Shown here piece by piece: positions 1 through 6,268 of a DNA stretch of 6,418 bases. Origin of the DNA: Octopus sinensis (taxonomy: Eukaryota); contig NW_021829269.1 of assembly GCF_006345805.1 (NCBI RefSeq), positions 1 through 6,418 of the forward strand, given 5' to 3'. The number at the start of each line of letters is the position of its first letter. Positions within the stretch are counted from its first letter, which is position 1. The notes beneath the pieces were generated by a model. It searched no databases and had not been told where the DNA came from. It was given only the letters and a program-made list of their open reading frames with translations. A program made the position numbers and the translations under genes.

Positions 1-21
1 GGCCTGGAAGATTTGAGAATT

Positions 22-108
22 AGAGAGAGGAGAGGTAGAGAGAGAGAGAGAGTGAATGAGAGAGTGGGAGAGAGAATGAGAGTGAGAGAGAGAGAGAGAA
101 AGAGAAGA
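22..108. repeat. Imperfect (GA)n microsatellite
   Basis: Direct reading: agagagagg agaggtagagagagagagagagtgaatgagagag... Confidence 0.95.
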
Positions 109-114
109 ATTGGT

Positions 115-190
115 CATATGTATCATATATATATATACATACAAATATACATATATATATGTATGTATCATATATATGTGTATGTAATAG

Positions 191-224
<34 letters not shown>

Positions 225-399
225 TATATATGTATGTATATATGTATCATATATATGTATGTATTTATGATATTTATATATATACATACATATATATGAT
301 ATATATATAATATATACAGATATATAATATGATATATGTATATATATATATATATCAGATAATATATATATATATATAATATATATCATATATATATGA
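115..399. repeat. Long imperfect (TA)n/(TATG)n microsatellite
   Basis: Direct reading: ~285 bp of TA repeats with TG/CA interruptions. Confidence 0.97.
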
Positions 400-401
400 T
401 T

Positions 402-443
402 AGTGTGTGGTGTGTGTGTGTATGTATATGTGTGTGTGTGTGT
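402..443. repeat. (TG)n microsatellite, third block of a GA-TA-TG compound array
   Basis: agtgtgtggtgtgtgtgtgtatgtatatgtgtgtgtgtgtgt. Confidence 0.93.
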
Positions 444-652
444 AGTCAGCTGTAGTATTAGTATTAATACAAATATTTTGTTTGTTGTTTTTTTTTGTTG
501 GAGAGAAAAACACAATTTTTTTTTTTTTTGTAATTATATTTCCTAATTGAACTTTAATTATTATCTTCTGAACGTCAGCAACACTAATTACCTAACACAA
601 AATTAACAAAAAAAAAAAAAACACGTAACAAACATTCGTTAACCAGAAGGAT

Positions 653-872
653 CATCTCCCCCACCATCACCACCACCAACACCACCACCTCCAGCAGCAG
701 CACTACCACTTACTGTCACTACCACTACCATCCTCCTCGTCTGCCTCCTCCTCCTCCTTCTCCTCAGCTCCAAACCTCCAATCCTCACCTTCCCTCCCCC
801 CTCGTTCCATTCCACTCCACACCGCTCCTCATTCATTTCTCACTTTCATCCCCACCCCTCTTCTTCTACATC

Positions 873-904
<32 letters not shown>

Positions 905-1102
905 CAAGCATAGCAATTGTATAACTGTAACGGAAACATCAACAGCCTCACCACCACCACCACCACCACCCAACAACAACAACAACACTACCACCACCAC
1001 CACCACCACAACTAGCAGCACCACCACCATCACCACCATCGTCGTCGTCGTTCTCGTCGTCATCATCATCATCATCAACATTAACAACAGCAACAACAAC
1101 AA
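653..1102. repeat. Mosaic trinucleotide low-complexity tract (CAC/CAT/CAA/CAG/CTC/GTC blocks)
   Basis: Successive short runs of CAC, CAG, CTC, CAT, CAC, CAA, GTC, CAT and CAA, all C-rich on the + strand. Confidence 0.9.
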
Positions 1103-1282
1103 TACCCCGAACTAGCAACAAAACAAAAACAGCAAAAACAAAGCCGAGATCAAGGTATATCTTACATACTACAAACAAAGCAAAACAGAAAAGGAAAGGC
1201 ATCAAAGCCTTCACATCACTGCTAACGAAAAGAACTGAACGAAATTTAATGTAAAATTCTACATATGCATTCACTGTAAGAC

Positions 1283-1416
1283 ATTATTATTAATATTATT
1301 ATTATTATTATTATTATTATTCCCCTCATCTACGCCCCTGTGGCTAATAAAATAGAATATCACTATCATCATCATCATTATCATCATAATCATTATCATT
1401 ATTATTATTATTATTA

Positions 1417-1477
<61 letters not shown>

Positions 1478-1491
1478 CATCATCATTATTA
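1283..1491. repeat. (ATT)n/(ATC)n microsatellite interrupted by a 40-nt SINE tail remnant
   Basis: Direct reading; non-repeat island at 1321-1360. Confidence 0.95.
1321..1360 (+). mobile_element. 3' tail remnant of SINE family A
   Basis: tcccctc..gcccctgtggctaataaaatagaata aligns with the family A tail tcccctctgtgt..gccccttgtgggcaataaa / gggcagtaaagaaata seen at 5703-5750 and 5910-5950 (minus) and 6225-6265 (plus). Confidence 0.5.
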
Positions 1492-1515
1492 TGTTAGAAC
1501 TAATAGAGCGCGTGA

Positions 1516-1658
1516 CAAAAGTTCCGCTGGTATCGGTTTTTCCTTTTGTCCTTTCGGACTCGTTGAAATAAAGTACCAGTCATACGCTGTGGTCGACTAA
1601 ATAATAGGCTATATAAATGCTGCCGTCAAAATTTGCGGCCTCTACCTGTGTTAGAAAT
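1516..1658 (+). mobile_element. Highly degraded SINE family A copy (core plus tail)
   Basis: Retains cctttcgga..g..aaataaagtaccagt..ctgtggtcga, then aaaatttgcggcct..ttagaaa; alignable by eye to copies at 1715-1840 and 1940-2070. Confidence 0.6.
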
Positions 1659-1665
1659 TTTTGTA

Positions 1666-1840
1666 CTCGGCCGCATTTCTTACGGCTGTTTCTGTTACGA
1701 CTTCAAGTCCTTCTGAGGTCGACTTTGCCTTTCGTCCTTTCGGGATCGATAAATTAAAGTACCAGTCAAATACTGGGGTCGATGTAATCGACTTAAACCC
1801 CATCCCCCAAATTACTGACCTTGTACTAAAATTTGAAACC
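1666..1840 (+). mobile_element. SINE family A copy, 5'-degraded
   Basis: Core gaggtcgactttgcctttcgtcctttcgggatcgataaattaaagtaccagt..ctggggtcgatgtaatcgactt is nearly identical to other copies in the window; distinct tail ..ccttgtactaaaatttgaaacc. Confidence 0.9.
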
Positions 1841-1861
1841 CTTATCCTTCTTCAGGGCGGT

Positions 1862-2072
1862 AAAGCGGCGAGCAGAGAGAATCGTTAGCCGGGCGAAATG
1901 CTCAGCGGTATTTCGTCTGTCTTTACGTTCTGAGTTCAAATTCCGCCGAGGTCGACTTTGCCTTTCATCCTTTCGGGGGTCGATAAATCAAGTACCAGTT
2001 ACGCACTGGGGTCGATGTAATCGATTAGCCCCTCCCCTTAAATTTCAGGCCTTGTGCCTTTAGTAGGAAGAT
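1862..2072 (+). mobile_element. Near full-length tRNA-derived SINE family A (octopus-type)
   Basis: tRNA-like head (degenerate A-box agagaatcgttag; B-box GAGTTCAAATTCC at 1932-1944), conserved core shared with the other copies, tail ..aaatttcaggccttgtgcctttagtaggaag. Recognised from memory as an abundant octopus SINE; published name not assigned. Confidence 0.92.
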
Positions 2073-2092
2073 AGTAAGTAGAAAGAACGACT

Positions 2093-2222
2093 AGGAAGGT
2101 GGATTGGCCGAATCGTTAGAGCTTCGGAAAATGTTTTACCACATTTCTTCTGGCTTTCTATGTTGTAAGTTCAAATACCACCGAGGCTAACTTTGCGTTA
2201 GTCCTTTCAAAAAAAAATAAAA
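2093..2222 (+). mobile_element. Diverged SINE family A head, truncated in the core and followed by an A run
   Basis: ggattggccgaatcgttaga..aagttcaaataccaccgaggctaactttgcgttagtcctttc, then A-rich 2209-2222. Confidence 0.75.
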
Positions 2223-2232
2223 CGGCAATCCG

Positions 2233-2267
2233 AGGCAGTGGATTGTTGAAACTGCTAGAATTTCGGA
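2233..2267 (+). mobile_element. Possible short remnant of another family A head
   Basis: aggcagtggattg..tagaatttcgga resembles 2093-2128 aggaaggtggattg..tagagcttcgga. Confidence 0.35.
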
Positions 2268-2432
2268 TCGAATTACCTGGTAGAAAACAACTGTTTTATT
2301 TTGTGTCTTCCCATTTTTTTTATATAATACTCTGGGACAAACACTTATAGTATGCAAATCAGTAACTCCTATTCTCTGAAGCTACTGGATTTGTTGTGTA
2401 TATAAACGCATTGGCTGTTTGTTTCTTTGGGA

Positions 2433-2501
2433 TTGATTACATGATGTATACAACACTGATGAGACCTCAATATGGTCCGAAAATCGAATAAGGTTCATCA
2501 T
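2433..2501 (+). ncRNA. Degenerate hammerhead-ribozyme-like motif
   Basis: CTGATGA (2456-2462), stem II GACC/GGTC closing loop TCAATAT, one extra C, then GAAA (2479-2482). Stems I and III are imperfect. Confidence 0.3.
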
Positions 2502-3156
2502 TTATTTTTTTCAATCTACAGAAAAATAAATAAATTTGCCATGTTTTATGTCTACTACGTAGGTTTACATATTTCTATTTCTAAAAATTTGTATTTTAAA
2601 AAAATGCCAAAAATTTGTATTAAAAAAATGCTGTTAGACATGAAATGTAAACTAGAGTGAGAGTCTCCATCGTAGGCTTTTAGTAGCACTAAATTAGTTC
2701 AAAGTCTCAGTAATTTACATTATAATCTGGATAACTGAGTTATTGGGAAAATTACAGTCTGAGAGTTGCTGAGTTATATAAAAACTGAGAAAAACCCTGG
2801 TGAATTTTTTCAAACGATGTCCTTATGGAAAGAGTGTTTCTCGACCATTCCTCCGACGCGAAACGCGTAGGCTGTGTTGTCCGAGCTAGGGTACCTATGA
2901 TCAAACACGAAGGCACCTTCCAAAGGAGTAAATTTTCTCAATGAAGAGAAAAAAGAAATCCCTAGAGTAATTCGGTAAGAACCCTACTCAAAAACCGGAA
3001 TCACTCTACCATATCCAAGACATCGAATGTGTCCTTTCCTTGTTCCTTTCCAGCTGCTTAGAAAAAGCCAGCTCAGAGGAAACTTATTTGTCATTCAATT
3101 CGCAAACAACTTCGCTGACGGGAGCTATGGGGAAATTTTTAGAAGTAGTGTTAACG

Positions 3157-3366
3157 ATAATAATAATAATAAAAATTATAATAATAATAATAATAATAAT
3201 AATAGTAATAATAATAGTAATAATAATAGAAGTAGTAGTAATAATATTATTATTATTATAGTAATAATAATGATAATAATTATATAGTAATAATAAAAAT
3301 AATAATAATAATAATGATATAATAATAATAATAATTATAATAATAATAATAGTGATAATGATAATG
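3157..3366. repeat. Imperfect (AAT)n microsatellite
   Basis: Direct reading. Confidence 0.96.
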
Positions 3367-3782
3367 TTATGGAGAGAAAATTGTTTCACTTGGGTAAGAA
3401 TTTTGAACAATTTCATGTATACCCTGCACATATACACACACCAATGCATGCATAATTGGCTGCATTGACGATGCATCTGCACACTTGCACACTCTATGGA
3501 CATTTTAAAAACAGAAGCACACGTGCTTGCACCTGCAAGCTCACCCAAAACAGCTGCACAGATTCTTGAACAATTTTTGAGATACTTGTAAAATAATAAC
3601 AATAACTATAATAAATATAATAAAAATCATAAAAATCAGCCAAAAAAATTGTGTCCGTCATTGAAGCAAATTATTTTCAATTTATCGAAATCGAACCCGG
3701 ATCCCAGTCATCCATATGTTTGAGGTTTTCTGAAAGTTACTTGTTATATTTTAATTCATTTGTTGATAAGTTTTGTTTATGT

Positions 3783-4081
3783 GAAGGCACATGGCCTAGT
3801 GGTTAGAGAAGCGAACTCGCGGTCGAGGGATCGCGGGTTCGAATCTCAGACCGGGCGATGTTTGTTTTTATGAGCGAAGCACCTAAGATACACGCGACTC
3901 CGGCAGAAGGTAATGGCGAACTTCTGCTGACTCTTTCGCCATTACTTTCTGTCACTCGTTCCTCCTGCATCTTACAGCTCACCTGCGACGGACCGGCGTC
4001 TCGTCCAGGTGGGGAACCTATACGCCAAGGAAACCAGACAACCGGCCCCATGAGCCAGGCATGGCTCGAGAAGGAATAAAC
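3783..4081 (+). mobile_element. Apparently full-length tRNA-derived SINE family C with V-domain-like 3' core
   Basis: A-box TGGCCTAGTGG at 3792-3802 and B-box GGTTCGAATC at 3836-3845. GC/CpG-rich body sharply bounded by AT-rich flanks. The 3' part cctgcgacggacc..gtccagg..gaaacc..atgagcc..tggctcg resembles the V-SINE domain as I recall it. Confidence 0.85.
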
Positions 4082-4269
4082 TTTTGTTGCTATATTTCAT
4101 TTCTTTCATTTTCTGTGTAGTAAAGATCTCACTCTGTTTCATGCCGTTATCAGAGTATTTCAACAGAAATACAGTGGTTAAAGAGTAAAATGTGAATTTC
4201 AAAAAGGAAAAGAACGACAAATTTATGCCTAATAGGATAAACTACGTGTTTGCCTAATCAACAACAGCA

Positions 4270-4640
4270 TCAATAATGCGGTCCTGACTGCTAACAGATT
4301 TAAGGATAGAGTTAGTTACACGGCAAGAAAAAGTATTCAAAATAATAAGGGTGAAAAATTGAATAATAATTTGATTAACATCAATTTAAAACCTGTGGTC
4401 TAGCATACTGGAAAATCTGAAGTTTCAGATAAAATAATATTACGTACATATAAGAGGGATGACCTGTAAGTGGACATCCATTATGCTAGAAGAAGATCCG
4501 CTATGGTCTTACCACTAAGAAAGGAATGTTCTCAAGAAAATTTAGCAAACGCCAGAACGTAAGCGAGCAAGACAAATGAAAAGATACAAAGAAAAGTAGT
4601 GAATTAGAAAATCTGTAGAAGAGATGGAAGTAGAAACTAT
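4270..4640 (+). mobile_element. Possible heavily decayed LINE (RTE-like) ORF2 C-terminal remnant
   Basis: Frame 1 reads ..SILENLKFQIK*YYVHIRGMTCKWTSIMLEEDP..RKRARQMKRYKE.., and another frame gives FKDRVS upstream. The order resembles the post-RT motifs W.DRV.N / GH..R / R.RGR..RW.D. Many stops; by-eye similarity only. Confidence 0.3.
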
Positions 4641-4750
4641 ACTGAGAAATAATGTTTATCGCCACTTCAACATGGCCGATCCGTTATTGCTATTTTTAAC
4701 TCGAAGGGGACGCCTCATCTAACTAGTTAACGGTGTAATCTGCATCCGAC

Positions 4751-4871
4751 ATATATTCCTAGCAGGGGAGCGAACTCCTACCAATCTCCAGCGACTTGAC
4801 AGGATGCTGGTGCGGTGGTCCTGTCATGTCGCTGGAAGCCAATAGGAGTTCGCTCCCCTGCTTGAATATAT
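4751..4871. other. Long GC-rich hairpin / palindromic element (MITE-like or pri-miRNA-like)
   Basis: Perfect 20-bp arms at 4761-4780/4843-4862; inner stems 4787-4795/4828-4836 and 4797-4804/4819-4826; 14-nt loop; outer atatattc/gaatatat pairing. Confidence 0.85.
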
Positions 4872-4912
4872 ATATATATATAATATATATATATAATATA
4901 TATATATATATA
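4866..4912. repeat. (TA)n microsatellite at the 3' end of the minus-strand SINE B piece
   Basis: Direct reading. Confidence 0.93.
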
Positions 4913-4915
4913 TTA

Positions 4916-5009
4916 TTACTCTCTTTTATTTGTTTCATCCATTTGACTGCGGCCATACTGGAGCACCGCCTTAATTGACCCCAGGACTTATTCTTTGTAA
5001 ACCTAGTAC
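4916..5009 (-). mobile_element. 3' end of SINE family B
   Basis: ttactctcttttatttgtttcatccatttgactgcggccatactggagcaccgcc..gaccccaggacttattctttgtaaacctagtac is recognised from memory as the reverse complement of the 3' end of a very common octopus SINE. Its link to the family B heads rests on recalled consensus, not on overlap within this window. Confidence 0.75.
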
Positions 5010-5499
5010 GCTTCCGTCACTACTTCGCACCTCCACAGCCTGGTCGTTCAGCACGAATTTTACCGTAACCAAGCTTACATACAAATAAATAAAATATAGA
5101 TATCTACACATGGCTTTAAAGATTGGATGGCCACCTCATCCTCTTCTTTCTCCCGAATACATAGCAACACCACACCGACCACAATCTCACTTTGACGGCA
5201 GGTGTCCCTCACACTGCAAAGACAATCCGGCATCATTATTATTATTGTTCTTCATTTTTGTGCAAGGGGAATAACTCTTGATGAATTTCCTGCACGATTT
5301 TTTTTGTGCTTTTTTTCCCCCCACAGCTATCAGAAACCGGATGAAAATACTTGCTGTCCTTTGGTTGCAGAGAGTCGCCACCATAAGTTTCATGCCAGCC
5401 TTTCTAAGAAAGCACCGTCTTGGGTTATCATTTAATTCAATGAGCGAAACCGATTGTTAAATTCAGGTGAAAATAGAGCTAAAATAGGATAAATATTCG

Positions 5500-5592
5500 T
5501 TTCTGCTCTAGGCACAAGGCCCGAAATTTGGTGGGAGGTGCCCAGTCGATTAGACCTACCCCAGTACACAAATGGCACTTTATTTATCGACC
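5500..5592 (-). mobile_element. 5'-truncated, diverged SINE family A copy
   Basis: ctaggcacaaggcccgaaattt..agtcgatta..ccccagt..tttatttatcgacc is the reverse complement of the tail and core of copy 1862-2072. Confidence 0.8.
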
Positions 5593-5708
5593 ATCAGATC
5601 CATTCACAAGGCTTTGATCGGGCCGAGACTATAGTAGAATACACTTGTCCAAGGTGACACATAGTGGGACTGAACCCGGAATCATGTATTTCGCATACAA
5701 GCTTCTTA
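5593..5708 (-). mobile_element. 5' part of SINE family B (A-box lost), left arm of inverted duplication
   Basis: Ungapped reverse-complement match to 6263-6378; B-box-like GGGTTCAGTCCC on the minus strand. Confidence 0.88.
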
Positions 5709-5904
5709 TTTCTTTACTGCCCACAAGGGGCCACACACAGAGGGGACAAACAAGGACAGACAAACGGATGAAGTCGATTATATCGACCCCAGTGCGTAAC
5801 TGGTACTTATTTAATCGACCCCGAAAGGATGAAAGGCAAAGTCGACCTCGGCGGAATTTGAACTCAGAACGCAAAGACAGACGAAATACTGCGAGGCTAA
5901 CATT
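5703..5904 (-). mobile_element. SINE family A copy (outer), head internally deleted
   Basis: Core and tail match 5905-6111 directly (offset ~200 bp) and 6112-6268 in inverse. Confidence 0.93.
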
Positions 5905-6111
5905 TCTTTTTTTTTATTGCCCACAAGGGGCTCAACACAGAGGGGACAAACAAGGATAAACAAAGGTATTAAGTCGATTACATCGACCCCAGTGCGTAAC
6001 TGGTACTTAAACTAATCGACCCCGAGAGGATGAAAGGCAAAGTCGACCTCGGCGGAATTTGAACTCAGAACGTAGCGGCAGCCGAAATACCGTAAAGCAT
6101 TTCGCCCGGCG
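5905..6111 (-). mobile_element. SINE family A copy (inner), with A-rich tail
   Basis: T run 5907-5915 is the tail; the core is intact; the head reads to ..agcatttcgcccggcg, where it is cut by the inversion junction. Confidence 0.93.
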
Positions 6112-6268
6112 AAATTCCGCCGAGGTCGACTTTGACTTTCATCCTCTCGGCGTCGATAACTTAAGTACCAGTTACGCACTGGAGTCGATGTAATCGACTT
6201 AATCCGTTTGTCTGTCCTTGTTTGTCCCCTCTGTGTGTAACCCGTAGTGGGTAGTAAAGATATAAGAA
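6112..6268 (+). mobile_element. SINE family A copy lacking its head, right arm of inverted duplication
   Basis: aaattccgccgaggtcgac..gtcgatgtaatcgacttaatccgtttgtctgtcc..gtgggtagtaaagatataagaa. Confidence 0.93.

Noticed and set aside
13-515. ORFs 13-270, 20-250 and 168-515
   Set aside because: Translations of GA/TA/TG microsatellites (RE and YI repeats); no coding signal.
516-621. Inverted repeat T14-gtaatt / aattaac-A14
   Set aside because: Almost entirely homopolymer; expected by chance in this composition.
639-1600. ORFs 639-836, 866-1102, 948-1274, 1271-1486 and 1340-1600
   Set aside because: Homopolymer peptides arising from triplet repeats that lack stop codons.
1661-2063. ORFs 1661-1888 and 1833-2063
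   Set aside because: Read through SINE family A; similar peptides recur at 5629-6317 because the repeat recurs.
2352-2359. Octamer motif ATGCAAAT
   Set aside because: Single 8-mer with no supporting promoter or snRNA context.
2583-2631. Short direct repeat aaaaatttgtatt(tt)aaaaaaatgc x2
   Set aside because: Ordinary slippage duplication in AT-rich DNA.
3027-3602. ORFs 3027-3287, 3040-3261 and 3084-3602; GSYGEIF resembles a kinase Gly-loop
   Set aside because: Run into the AAT repeat; no other kinase motifs follow; a short motif match is expected by chance.
3686-3712. Isolated B-box-like GGGTTCGAT on the minus strand
   Set aside because: No A-box or SINE body can be traced; too short to call.
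3785-3856. Possible true tRNA gene
   Set aside because: Has A/B boxes, but the acceptor and anticodon stems do not pair properly and it continues into a SINE body.
3768-4091. Target-site duplication around SINE C (ttttgtt on both sides)
   Set aside because: Only 7 low-complexity nt are shared and they are not flush with the element ends.
2472-5460. Remaining short ORFs (2472-2660, 3803-4051, 3858-4079, 3972-4220, 4759-4956, 4796-4978, 5187-5393, 5202-5435, 5278-5460)
   Set aside because: Under 90 aa, overlapping repeats or on conflicting strands, with no recognisable domain.
1700-6200. Recurring GTCGA-rich units as a CRISPR-like array
   Set aside because: Eukaryotic context; units are ~150-200-bp SINE bodies with no constant repeat/unique spacer periodicity and no cas genes.
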